Below are positions 55,463 through 64,000 of a stretch of 64,000 nt of DNA, one piece after another. The stretch is from NCBI GenBank assembly GCA_965652295.1, contig CBFGTS010000015.1, forward strand, positions 1 through 64,000. Reading direction: 5' to 3'. A program made the translations under genes and the position numbers. The notes beneath the pieces were generated by a model, which made no database searches, had not been told where the DNA came from, and saw only the letters and a program-made list of their open reading frames with translations. Numbering within the stretch: position 1 is the first letter of the stretch; each line of letters opens with the position of its first letter. Source of the stretch: an uncultured Haloferula sp. (lineage in GTDB: Bacteria > Verrucomicrobiota > Verrucomicrobiia > Verrucomicrobiales > Akkermansiaceae).

Positions 55463-56221
55463 TCAGTCTCTGGAATGATCGAGCAGAGTGTAGAAAATGA
55501 AACGGGAATTGTGGGTCAGGTAACGTTTGAAAAGCCGCCGCGGCTCGCAGGCCATGCGATAGGCCCATTCCAAGCCGGTTTTCTGAAGAAGCGGAGGTGC
55601 CTGGGCGACCTCTCCGGCATGGAAAGCGAAGGCCGCGCCGATTCCGAAATAGACCCCCGGGGGCAGCTCGTGCTTGTGACGGGCAATCCAGTGTTCCTGT
55701 TTCGGGCAACCGAGCCCGACCCAGATCAGATCGGCACCGGAGTCGAGGATACGGCCGCGGATGCGATCGAATTCGTCCTCCGGCCATTCGCCAAAGGGAG
55801 GCGAATAGGCCCCGGCGATCTCAGCCTTGGGAAAACGGGCCGCAAAGGTCCCGCGGAGCTTGGCGAGGGTGGACTCCTTCCCGCCGAGCAGGAAATGCCG
55901 GTGCCCGCTCCGCTGCTCGGTGGCCCGGAGGGTTTCCAGCATCAGGGTGGGACCGTAAACGCGATCGGTGAGCCGCTCGGCCGGAGCGAGGCTGACATTC
56001 ATCACCCACACGAGCGGCATGCCGTCCGGAACGCAGAGGTCGAAGGCGCGCATGGCACCACCGAAACCTTCATCGGCTCTCGCCATCGAAGCGACGTGGG
56101 TGTTCGCCGCCTCCACAGCGTAGGCACGGTCGCGACGCGCGGCGCGGTCGAGAATCCAATCGACGGCACCCGCATAGTCGGTGGCGGCGAGAGGAAGACC
56201 GATGACGGAAATGGATTTCAA
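55463..56221 (-). CDS. WecB/TagA/CpsF family glycosyltransferase
   Basis: PDGMPLVW, RVYGPTL, VGLGCPKQE, GLEWAYR..EPRRLFKRY. Confidence 0.92.
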   Translation of the reverse strand: MKSISVIGLPLAATDYAGAVDWILDRAARRDRAYAVEAANTHVASMARADEGFGGAMRAFDLCVPDGMPLVWVMNVSLAPAERLTDRVYGPTLMLETLRATEQRSGHRHFLLGGKESTLAKLRGTFAARFPKAEIAGAYSPPFGEWPEDEFDRIRGRILDSGADLIWVGLGCPKQEHWIARHKHELPPGVYFGIGAAFAFHAGEVAQAPPLLQKTGLEWAYRMACEPRRLFKRYLTHNSRFIFYTLLDHSRD

Positions 56222-56251
56222 AGCGGTGGTCGGAGAATAGAACGGGCGCGT

Positions 56252-56638
56252 TCAGCGACGGCCCCGCAAAACCAGTCCCAATTCGGATTCCAACTGGCGG
56301 GTGAGCCCGATCGCCCAATCGAGATCGTCCAGGGACTCCGAGCGGAGGGAGTCGGTGAAGGCGTGGCCTACGGCGCGGGCGGCGGAGCGAGCGGCGGCCA
56401 GCAGCCCGCGCGATTCACGCCCGGCTGGCCGGTCGAAGCTCTCGGCCACGAGGGAGGCCGGCCGGGCACCGAGGCGGCGGAGCCAACGGGCCAGGTGAGG
56501 GTTTCCCCGCCGTTCAAGCTCACGGGCAATGAGCATGGTTTCCACCGCCAGGTCCCGGGCATCGAGCCAGGCTTGGAATTCTTCAAATCGAGGTGGAGGA
56601 CCGCTTTTCATCAGCTCTTTCGTTTCCCTCCCGGACAC
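56252..56638 (-). CDS. Hypothetical protein
   Basis: ORF fills the operon gap in the same orientation; no recognisable motif. Confidence 0.55.
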   Translation of the reverse strand: MSGRETKELMKSGPPPRFEEFQAWLDARDLAVETMLIARELERRGNPHLARWLRRLGARPASLVAESFDRPAGRESRGLLAAARSAARAVGHAFTDSLRSESLDDLDWAIGLTRQLESELGLVLRGRR

Positions 56639-56646
56639 CCGGAGGA

Positions 56647-57726
56647 TCAGCGACAGTAGGGTTCAATGGGACGCAACCCGTCGCAGGCGGTCAATGCGCT
56701 TTCGCGCGCAGCAGAATCGCCAAACAGGTAGAGGGCGTAGCCACCGTGCCCGCCACCGCAGTACTTTTTCGCCACATTGCCGGGGATTTCGGGCAAGGGT
56801 TTCATCCCTTCATCGAGCTGCGCCTCATGGTAAACCGCCACCGCGCTGGCAAGCAGGGAGAGATCGGACCGGAGGACCGCCTCTCGCGCAAGATCGCCAC
56901 TGGCAGCGATGCGGTCGTAGTCGCGCGACCGGCCGACGTAACCGGGTGTGTCGTGAGGGCTTCCGGTCCAGAAAATCGCCATCCGACCTTTGAGGAAGTC
57001 TCCGCTTTGCTTGAAGTCGAGAACCGGCGCTGGGCCGGAGCGCCAGACGCACAGGCCTGTTTCGTGGATCACCGCAGGGTCCTGCCAGCCGACACCGAGA
57101 TCGATTTCGGATTCAATCCCGCAGCGCCCGTTCAGGAGCGCCCAGGCACCGCTGCCGCCGAGGCCGGCTTGTCTTTCGTAGGGCCACTCACGGAGCGAGA
57201 CAAAGGGTGTGATCGCGCAGTTGACCACATAGGCACCCTCGCGGGCGAAAGCCGGGACATCGAGCCAGCCACCGGCGAAATCCACCCTCAACGGTGCCTC
57301 GCTCGGTGCCCGGACCCAGCGGACGATGGATGAAGTCGAGACCGGCTCGAACTTCGGCGGTGTCTTGGGAAGGAGGACGTAGCGGGCACCGATTTGATCG
57401 CAGAGGTCACGCTTGAGGTGCCCGTACTGGTCGTCCTCGGTGACGGCGAGGACGTCGGGCTTGAGCCGCAGGAAGTGGTCTTTGAAGTCCAGGCCTTCTT
57501 CGTGGCTATCGCCGATGACGACCTGATCAACGACCCGCATGCCTTCGAGCAGTGCTTTCTTGTGCTGGTCCGGAATGGAGGGCTTCCGGCGCTTGTGGAT
57601 CCAAAGCACTTCCTCCGAGGCGAACGACACGGTGAGGTGATCACCGAGTGCCCGCGCTTCCTCGAAGAACTGGAGGTGACCTCCATGAAGGATGTCATAG
57701 CAACCGCTGACGAAGACCTTCTTCAA
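56647..57726 (-). CDS. Cytidylyltransferase-like (HxGH) domain fused to a GHMP-kinase-like domain
   Basis: GCYDILHGGH; APLRVDFAGGWLD, GLGGSGA, GWQD, GGGHGG. Confidence 0.8.
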   Translation of the reverse strand: MKKVFVSGCYDILHGGHLQFFEEARALGDHLTVSFASEEVLWIHKRRKPSIPDQHKKALLEGMRVVDQVVIGDSHEEGLDFKDHFLRLKPDVLAVTEDDQYGHLKRDLCDQIGARYVLLPKTPPKFEPVSTSSIVRWVRAPSEAPLRVDFAGGWLDVPAFAREGAYVVNCAITPFVSLREWPYERQAGLGGSGAWALLNGRCGIESEIDLGVGWQDPAVIHETGLCVWRSGPAPVLDFKQSGDFLKGRMAIFWTGSPHDTPGYVGRSRDYDRIAASGDLAREAVLRSDLSLLASAVAVYHEAQLDEGMKPLPEIPGNVAKKYCGGGHGGYALYLFGDSAARESALTACDGLRPIEPYCR

Positions 57727-57771
57727 AGCTGAAATCCCAAGTAATGCGTCCCGCTGTCCGGCCTTTCAGCT

Positions 57772-58887
57772 TTACTCCTTGGCGACCGAAACACGGTGGC
57801 CGTGAGCCTTGAGCAGCGCGTGTCGCTTGGCGACGTCGAGGTCGCTGGCGACCATTTCGGCGCACATCTCCTCGACGGTGATCTCCGGCACCCACCCGAG
57901 CTTGTCTTTGGCCTTGGAGGGATCGCCCAGCAGCGTTTCCACCTCCGCGGGGCGGAAATAGCGGGGATCGACGCGCACGATAACGTCGCCGATTTTCACG
58001 CCCGGGGCGTTGTCGCCTTCCACCGCGGTGATGGTGGCGATTTCATCCACGCCCTCGCCGCTGAACTCGACGATGATGCCGGCTTCCTTCGCCGACATCC
58101 GCACGAATTCGCGGACCGAGATCTGCTTGCCAGTGGCGATGACGTAGTCCTCGGGTTCGTCCTGCTGGAGCATCATCCACTGCATGCGGACGTAGTCCTT
58201 GGCGTGGCCCCAGTCGCGCAGGGCATCCATGTTGCCGAGGTAGAGGCAGGGCTCCAGGCCCTGGGCGATGTTGGCGATCCCGCGGGTGATCTTGCGGGTC
58301 ACGAAGGTCTCGCCGCGACGCGGGGACTCGTGGTTGAAGAGGATGCCGTTGCAGGCGTAGATGCCGTAGGATTCGCGGTAATTCACCGTGATCCAGTAGG
58401 CATACATCTTGGCCACCGCGTACGGAGAGCGGGGATAGAACGGGGTGGTCTCCTTTTGCGGAGTCTCCTGCACCAAGCCGTACAACTCGGACGTGGAGGC
58501 CTGGTAAAAGCGGGTCTTCTTTTCGAGGCCCAGGAAGCGGATCGCCTCCAGAAGGCGCAGCGTGCCGATGGCGTCAACATCCGCGGTGTATTCAGGCGCT
58601 TCGAAGGAGACCGCCACGTGGGACTGGGCACCCAGGTTGTAAACCTCATCCGGCTGCACCTCGCTGAGGATACGGGTCAGGTTCGAGGTGTCGGTCAGGT
58701 CGCCGTAGTGGAGGCGGAAGCGGGCATGCTCGACGTGGGGATCCTCGTAAATGTGATCGACCCGCTGGGTGTTGAAAAGCGAGGCCCGGCGTTTGATGCC
58801 GTGAACTTCATAGCCTTTCTCGAGGAGGAACTCGGCAAGGTAGGAACCGTCCTGACCGGTGATGCCGGTGATAAGTGCTTTTTTCAT
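57772..58887 (-). CDS. gmd: GDP-mannose 4,6-dehydratase
   Basis: [44 protein letters not shown]. Confidence 0.97.
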   Translation of the reverse strand: MKKALITGITGQDGSYLAEFLLEKGYEVHGIKRRASLFNTQRVDHIYEDPHVEHARFRLHYGDLTDTSNLTRILSEVQPDEVYNLGAQSHVAVSFEAPEYTADVDAIGTLRLLEAIRFLGLEKKTRFYQASTSELYGLVQETPQKETTPFYPRSPYAVAKMYAYWITVNYRESYGIYACNGILFNHESPRRGETFVTRKITRGIANIAQGLEPCLYLGNMDALRDWGHAKDYVRMQWMMLQQDEPEDYVIATGKQISVREFVRMSAKEAGIIVEFSGEGVDEIATITAVEGDNAPGVKIGDVIVRVDPRYFRPAEVETLLGDPSKAKDKLGWVPEITVEEMCAEMVASDLDVAKRHALLKAHGHRVSVAKE

Positions 58888-58961
58888 GAGAGCGGAGAGA
58901 GGAAAGAGGAGAGGAGGGCTGCAAGGCCCTCTATCGCTGGGATGAAGAATGCCAAAGGTAA

Positions 58962-58990
58962 GGCGATGCCGATTTCATAATCGGCGCTCC
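58962..58990 (-). repeat. Family A REP-like palindrome
   Basis: GGCGATGCCGATTTCATAATCGGCGCTCC, exact reverse complement of 15908-15936. Confidence 0.88.
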
Positions 58991-59000
58991 GGGCGCTCCT

Positions 59001-59939
59001 TCAAAGCCTGGCGGCGCCGGCTTCGAGGGAGGTGAGGAAATCCTGATAGGCACCGGCGAGGCCTTCTTCGAGGGAGATCGCGGGAGCCCAGCCGGTGCTG
59101 CGGATGAGCGTGTTGTCCATCAGCTTGCGCGGGGTGCCGTCGGGCTTGGTCGGATCGGTCTTGATGGCACCCTCAAAGCCGACCGTTTTCGCCACCAGCG
59201 TGGCCAGGTCGAGAATGGTGACGTCATCGCCGTAGCCGACGTTGACCCAGTCGGGCGGGTCCGCGAGGCCGAGGAGGTGGAAGCAGGCTTTCGCCAGATC
59301 GTCGGTGTGGAGGAACTCGCGACGCGGCGCGCCGGTGCCCCAGATGGTGACCTCGTCCGCACCGGCTTCCCTGGCTTCATGGAAGCGGCGGATGAGGGCG
59401 GGAATGACGTGGGAATTCTCGGCGTGGTAGTTGTCGCCGGGGCCGTAGAGGTTCGTCGGCATCGCCGAATGGTACATCAGGCCGTGCTGCGCGCGGTAGT
59501 GCTGGCACATCTTCAGGCCGGCGATCTTGGCGATGGCGTAGGCCTCGTTGGTGGCCTCCAGCGGACTGGTGAGCAGGCAGTCCTCGGGCATCGGCTGCGG
59601 CGCGCGCTTCGGGTAGATGCAGGAAGAGCCGAGGAAAAGCACGCGCTCGACCCCAGCCTGGCGGCAGCCTTCGATCGAGTTCGCGGCGATGGCGAGGTTC
59701 TCGTAAATGAAGTCGGCCGGATAGGTCGAGTTTGCGTGGATCCCGCCGACCTTGGCCGCGGCGATGATCACGATGTCCGGCTTTTCCGCGGCCAGGAAAG
59801 CGAAGGTGCCCGACTGGTCGCAAAGATCGACGCGGCTCCGTCCGGCGGTGAGGATTTCATAGGTTCCAAGGCGCTCCGCCTCGCGCACGAGAGCGGATCC
59901 CACCATGCCGCGGTGGCCTGCGATGAAGATCTTTTTCAT
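59001..59939 (-). CDS. fcl: GDP-L-fucose synthase
   Basis: [43 protein letters not shown]. Confidence 0.96.
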   Translation of the reverse strand: MKKIFIAGHRGMVGSALVREAERLGTYEILTAGRSRVDLCDQSGTFAFLAAEKPDIVIIAAAKVGGIHANSTYPADFIYENLAIAANSIEGCRQAGVERVLFLGSSCIYPKRAPQPMPEDCLLTSPLEATNEAYAIAKIAGLKMCQHYRAQHGLMYHSAMPTNLYGPGDNYHAENSHVIPALIRRFHEAREAGADEVTIWGTGAPRREFLHTDDLAKACFHLLGLADPPDWVNVGYGDDVTILDLATLVAKTVGFEGAIKTDPTKPDGTPRKLMDNTLIRSTGWAPAISLEEGLAGAYQDFLTSLEAGAARL

Positions 59940-60018
59940 GAATTCAGGAGAGCGGCTCTGTAAGCCGCTGAACGGATGAACGGGGCGCTTGTTGAAGCGG
60001 CTTGCAAAGCCGCTCTCC

Positions 60019-61335
60019 TCACGCCTTCACCACCTGCCCTGGCCTCGTTTCCACCGATGCCATGGCGTTGCGGGTATCGACGATGAGATCAGCGGCGGCG
60101 GCGAGCTGTGGCAGATCGAAGGCCTGATGGTGGGTGGAAATCACCACACAATCCTGCGCGCGGAGGTTTTCCGCGGTCCAGGAAAGCGATTCCATGCCCG
60201 CCCACTCCATGTGCTCGCGGGTGGGACCGACGACCGGGACGTGCGGATCGTGATAGGCGACTTCGGCACCGAGCCGCTTGAAGCCGTCGAGCAGTGCGAA
60301 GGTCGGCGATTCCCGCATGTCATCGACGTCCGCCTTGTAGGCGAGGCCGAGCAACAGGATGCGACTGCCCCTCACCGCCTTGCCGCGGGAATTGAGCGCC
60401 TCCATGGTACGATGGATGACGTAGTCCGGCATCGCCCGGTTGACCTCCCCGGCGAGCTCGATGAAACGGGTGTGGACGCCATATTCGCGCGCTTTCCAGG
60501 TGAGGTAGAAAGGGTCGATCGGGATGCAGTGGCCACCGAGACCGGGGCCGGGGTAGAAGGCCTTGAAGCCGAAGGGCTTGGTCGAGGCGGCGCGGATGAC
60601 CTCCCAGATGTCGATCCCCATCCGATCGGCGGCGATCTTGAGTTCGTTGACCAGGCCGATGTTCACCGCGCGGTAGATGTTTTCCAGCAGCTTGGTGAGT
60701 TCGGCCACCTTGCACGAGCTGACCGGCACGACCTCATCGAAGACCGCGCCATAGAGCGCCACCCCGGCTTCGAGGCAGGCCGGGGTCACGCCACCGACGA
60801 CCTTCGGGATGTTGGTGGCGGCGAAGTCGGGATTGCCCGGGTCCTCGCGTTCCGGCGAATAGACGACGTGGATGTCGGTTCCCACCACAAAGCCGGCGGC
60901 CTCGACGCGGGTCACCAGTTCCTCATCGGTGGTTCCGGGGTAGGTGGTGCTTTCGAGGCTGACGGTCTGGCCTTTCCGCAAGTGCGGGACGAGCGAGTCG
61001 ATGGTCGCCGTGACGTAGCTGAGGTCGGGCTCGAAATGCTCGTCCAGCGGCGTGGGCACGCAGAGGATCAGCGCGTCACATTCGCTCGCGCGGGAAAAAT
61101 CCACCGTGGCATCGAGATTCCCGCCCGACTTCGCTGCGGTGATCTGCGAATCGGGAATGTGCTTGATGTAGGTACGTCCGACGGCGAGCGCCTCGGGCTT
61201 GGCGGGATCGATATCGAAACCGATGGCCCGGTATCCGGCGCGGGCGTAGGCCAGCAGCAGCGGCAGGCCGACGTAGCCGAGGCCGACGACGCCGATCACA
61301 CGGTCATGGGAAAGAGTTGGAGTAGGGTTGCTCAT
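60019..61335 (-). CDS. Nucleotide-sugar 6-dehydrogenase (WbpA/WecC-like)
   Basis: [48 protein letters not shown]. Confidence 0.92.
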   Translation of the reverse strand: MSNPTPTLSHDRVIGVVGLGYVGLPLLLAYARAGYRAIGFDIDPAKPEALAVGRTYIKHIPDSQITAAKSGGNLDATVDFSRASECDALILCVPTPLDEHFEPDLSYVTATIDSLVPHLRKGQTVSLESTTYPGTTDEELVTRVEAAGFVVGTDIHVVYSPEREDPGNPDFAATNIPKVVGGVTPACLEAGVALYGAVFDEVVPVSSCKVAELTKLLENIYRAVNIGLVNELKIAADRMGIDIWEVIRAASTKPFGFKAFYPGPGLGGHCIPIDPFYLTWKAREYGVHTRFIELAGEVNRAMPDYVIHRTMEALNSRGKAVRGSRILLLGLAYKADVDDMRESPTFALLDGFKRLGAEVAYHDPHVPVVGPTREHMEWAGMESLSWTAENLRAQDCVVISTHHQAFDLPQLAAAADLIVDTRNAMASVETRPGQVVKA

Positions 61336-62510
61336 CCGACGGAAGAATAACGGTCGATCAACTTTTCGGCCTCCTTGAGGGCCATTCCGGTGACCTGATC
61401 CATGTTGTAGTAGCGGTAGGTGCCGAGGCGCCCGATGAAGCTGACGTTTTCCTCCAGCCCGGCCAACGCGGCGTATTTTTCGTACGCCGCAGCGGCGTCC
61501 GGCGCGGGGATCGGGTAGTACGGTTCGTCCTCCGGCGTCCAATCCTTCGGGTATTCGCGGACGATCGTCGTCGCTTCGGTATCCTGTCCGGTCGCGTGCT
61601 TGATTTCCACGATCCGGGTGTAGGGCACGTCCGGGTCCGGATAGTTCACCTGCATCGCCGGTTGCCAGAAGCCCTCTTTGCCCGCGATTTCGCGGCGCGT
61701 TTCAAGTTCATCCGCGGTGAAGCTCTCGTGCTCGAAACGGAGCGAACGGTAGGGTAAGGCGCCGAAACGGCGGCCATAGTACTCGTCGATCGGACCGGTG
61801 AACACCAGGTGCTTCCAGCTCCAGCGCTCCTTCGCCTCATGGAAATCCGTTTCCAGCGCGAGTTCCAGCCCCGGCGAGGCGGCGATCATCCGCTCGAACA
61901 TCCGCGTGTAGCCCTCGTCCGGCAGCGCTTGGAACGATTCCTTCAGGTAGCGGTCGTCGCGGTTGGTCCGGATCGGAATCCTTCCGCACACCGAGGCGTC
62001 GAGCTCGCGCGGGTGCCGCTTCCACTGCTTGATCGTGTAGCCTTCGAAGAACAGTTCATACAACTCGCGGCCGACCTGTGAGACGATGACCTCCTCGGAG
62101 TTCGCCGGTTGCTCCACCGGCTCACGGTGTTCTTCGAGCCACGCTTCGAACTCCCCGCTGGTGGCCGGACGACCGATCAGTTCCTCGAAGGTGTTGAGGT
62201 TGATTGGAAAACTCCAGTAGCGCCCGCGGGTAAAGCTCTTGATGCGGTATTCCACCGGCCGCCAACCGGTGAATTGCGAGAGGTAATCGACGATCCGCGA
62301 GGAGTTGCTGCGGAAATAATGGGGGCCGTAGGTGTGGATGAGCACGCCGGCCTCATCCGGTGCGTCGTAGGCGTTTCCCCCGAAATGCGCACGGCGATCG
62401 ATGACCGTGCAGCGAAATCCCGCGTTGCTGAGCCTTTCCGCGACCACCAGCCCCGCAAAGCCCGCTCCCACGATGAGGAAGTCGATGGCTTGCGGCGATT
62501 CAGCGGACAT
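61332..62510 (-). CDS. glf: UDP-galactopyranose mutase
   Basis: [47 protein letters not shown]. Confidence 0.95.
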   Translation of the reverse strand: MSAESPQAIDFLIVGAGFAGLVVAERLSNAGFRCTVIDRRAHFGGNAYDAPDEAGVLIHTYGPHYFRSNSSRIVDYLSQFTGWRPVEYRIKSFTRGRYWSFPINLNTFEELIGRPATSGEFEAWLEEHREPVEQPANSEEVIVSQVGRELYELFFEGYTIKQWKRHPRELDASVCGRIPIRTNRDDRYLKESFQALPDEGYTRMFERMIAASPGLELALETDFHEAKERWSWKHLVFTGPIDEYYGRRFGALPYRSLRFEHESFTADELETRREIAGKEGFWQPAMQVNYPDPDVPYTRIVEIKHATGQDTEATTIVREYPKDWTPEDEPYYPIPAPDAAAAYEKYAALAGLEENVSFIGRLGTYRYYNMDQVTGMALKEAEKLIDRYSSVG

Positions 62511-62557
62511 TCCAGAAGGTCGGGGTTGAGGCCATTGGGGAAGCGGGGCGTTCCGGG

Positions 62558-62569
62558 CACGCTGCCGCC
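62558..62569 (-). promoter_or_regulatory. ops-like element
   Basis: Minus strand GGCGGCAGCGTG versus enterobacterial ops GGCGGTAGCGTG (11/12), 47 nt upstream of glf. Confidence 0.65.
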
Positions 62570-62690
62570 CGTGGTCGCTTGTCCTCTCAACGGACAAAAC
62601 CAAAGGGTGGGGGCTCGAAAATCGTGGTTCTCCGGAGGACCCTCATGCGCGGTCCCGGCGGACGCCTCGATGCATGCCGCATCCGGATAA

Positions 62691-62712
62691 TTGTTCAATT
62701 CAAAATGAACAA
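62691..62712. promoter_or_regulatory. Palindromic operator GTTCA-N8-TGAAC (copy 1)
   Basis: TTGTTCAATTCAAAATGAACAA upstream of the glycan operon. Confidence 0.7.
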
Positions 62713-62750
62713 ATTCCGCGTTCGTGGAAGTCGCGGAAAAAGCGCTGGAC

Positions 62751-63290
62751 TCAGGGATTCGGGCGCTTCGGCAGCAGCAGGGCGTAGAGATCGACATCGA
62801 CCACCTGCTCCTGGCCCAGAAATTCCAGCAGCACCCGCACGCGCTCCCGACCCGGCAGAACTTCCACCACCCGTCCTTCGAATCCCCCCAACGGTCCATG
62901 AGCCACCTCCACCTCGTCACCGCGCTCGATCTTCGGCGCGAGGGTCAGCGTCTCCCCTTCGATCGATTCGTGTTCCCGGACTTCCCGACGCAGCGCCTCG
63001 ACAAAGCTCTCCGGCACCTCCGGGACGAAACTTCCGAACCTCACCAACCCGGTCACTCCTTGGGAAAACTCGACCATGCGACGCATCTCCGTGAGGTCGA
63101 AACGCGCCAGAACGTAGCCGGGAAACATCGCCTCCACCCACCACACTTTCCCCCGCCGGGTCGCTTTCCGGTAGCGCAGGCGGGGGCAGAAAACGTCGAC
63201 GTCCTCAAGATCGCGAAGATGCTCCGCCACGACGTGCTCCCGCTTCGGCGCGGTCTTCACGCAGTACCATTTCGGTCCGCCGTCGCTCAC
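62751..63290 (-). CDS. RfaH/NusG-family specialised antiterminator
   Basis: NGN domain (WYCVKT, MFPGYV, GLVRFG) plus KOW (GDEVEV..GPLGGFEG). Confidence 0.9.
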   Translation of the reverse strand: MSDGGPKWYCVKTAPKREHVVAEHLRDLEDVDVFCPRLRYRKATRRGKVWWVEAMFPGYVLARFDLTEMRRMVEFSQGVTGLVRFGSFVPEVPESFVEALRREVREHESIEGETLTLAPKIERGDEVEVAHGPLGGFEGRVVEVLPGRERVRVLLEFLGQEQVVDVDLYALLLPKRPNP

Positions 63291-63799
63291 TGACCCAGGA
63301 ATTTTTGCAGGATCGGCAGCACCATGCGGCCCCGCCGGATCCAGTTCTCCAAGCGTTCGATCCTCTCATCGAAGAACTCCCGCTCCGTTGGATCCACCTC
63401 TCTTGTCACCGCCTCCTGAAGCGCGGAAATCTTCGTCTGCCCGCTCTCCAGATGAGGCCGGACCTGCTCGCGGATGAATCCGCCCACCAGAGGCTTCAAC
63501 TCCGCCGCCGCCTCGAAATACGTTCTCCGCACGCCCACCACCTCAAGCTCGCGCACCGCTCCGAGGCTCTTCAACGTCCGCAGCCCCTGGCTCGCGGAAC
63601 CCTTGCTGATCCGGAGCCGCTCCACCAGATCATCCAGGGAAAGCGGCTCACGGCTTATGAAAAGCAGGCCGTAAATCTCACCCACGGACCCCGGCAAACC
63701 CAGGACCCGCACGCCATCGACGAAAATATCGATCGCCCGCCGCTCGACATCCGTCAGCACCGTCCCTGTCTCCTCGCGTTTTTCCTCGGGCACGTTCAC
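63287..63799 (-). CDS. GbsR/MarR-family winged-helix transcriptional regulator
   Basis: GEIYGLLF.S..PLSLDDL.ERL.ISKGSASQGLR.L; GTGA overlap with the NusG paralogue. Confidence 0.88.
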   Translation of the reverse strand: MNVPEEKREETGTVLTDVERRAIDIFVDGVRVLGLPGSVGEIYGLLFISREPLSLDDLVERLRISKGSASQGLRTLKSLGAVRELEVVGVRRTYFEAAAELKPLVGGFIREQVRPHLESGQTKISALQEAVTREVDPTEREFFDERIERLENWIRRGRMVLPILQKFLGQ

Positions 63800-63820
63800 C
63801 CGATACCCGCCCGATGATCT

Positions 63821-63842
63821 TTGTTCAAATCAAATTGAACTT
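63821..63842. promoter_or_regulatory. Palindromic operator GTTCA-N8-TGAAC (copy 2)
   Basis: TTGTTCAAATCAAATTGAAC about 22 nt upstream of the regulator. Confidence 0.7.
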
Positions 63843-63878
63843 TCGGACCCGCCGTCCTTCTTCCACCGGGGCTCTTAT

Positions 63879-63935
63879 TGGAACGCGAGCTTCAGCTCGC
63901 CCGGCGGAACCATGCGGGCTGAAGCCCGCGTTCCA
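63879..63935. repeat. Inverted REP doublet (family C)
   Basis: TGGAACGCGAGCTTCAGCTCGC ... GCGGGCTGAAGCCCGCGTTCCA. Confidence 0.75.
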
Positions 63936-64000
63936 ACAACCCGGACACCACCCCACCCTGTGGATCGAATCCATCATGTTCCCGCCTCTCTAACGCGTCC

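Noticed and set aside
62511..63900. Invertible (phase-variable) promoter as in Bacteroides capsule loci
   Set aside because: The two GTTCA-N8-TGAAC sites are self-palindromic operators, and no recombinase or long flanking inverted pair is visible in the window.

Overview
GC-rich bacterial chromosome segment. Gene content and intergenic repeat style suggest Verrucomicrobiales (Haloferula/Luteolibacter-like); this is inference only. The left ~29.7 kb holds: the 3' end of a WD40 protein with near-identical 126-bp repeats, hemL, an S9 peptidase, recQ, a 2073-aa secreted metalloprotease/cadherin/7xPA14 protein, a ccoG cluster, glycogen phosphorylase, nrdG-nrdD with NrdR boxes, rplY-pth-rpsF-ssb, a stand-alone Y1 (IS200/RAYT-like) transposase, ugd, prs and an exosortase-EpsI pair. 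The right ~34 kb (29.7-63.8 kb, all minus strand) is one Wzx/Wzy surface-polysaccharide locus. It is headed by a GbsR/MarR regulator and an RfaH/NusG paralogue, with twin operators and an ops-like element. It encodes Galf, GDP-fucose, CDP-3,6-dideoxyhexose and uronic-acid pathways, embedded PAPS synthesis (cysC/cysD/cysN), a sulfotransferase, a secreted sulfatase, and pyruvyl- and methyltransferases. My best candidate for an undescribed system is therefore a sulfated, possibly fucose-containing glycan with its own desulfating enzyme. Several REP-like and heptamer repeat families fill the intergenic spaces, and two heptamer runs sit in frame inside rfbH. No rRNA, tRNA or CRISPR array was seen. 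All calls come from motif recognition by eye; no database searches were run.
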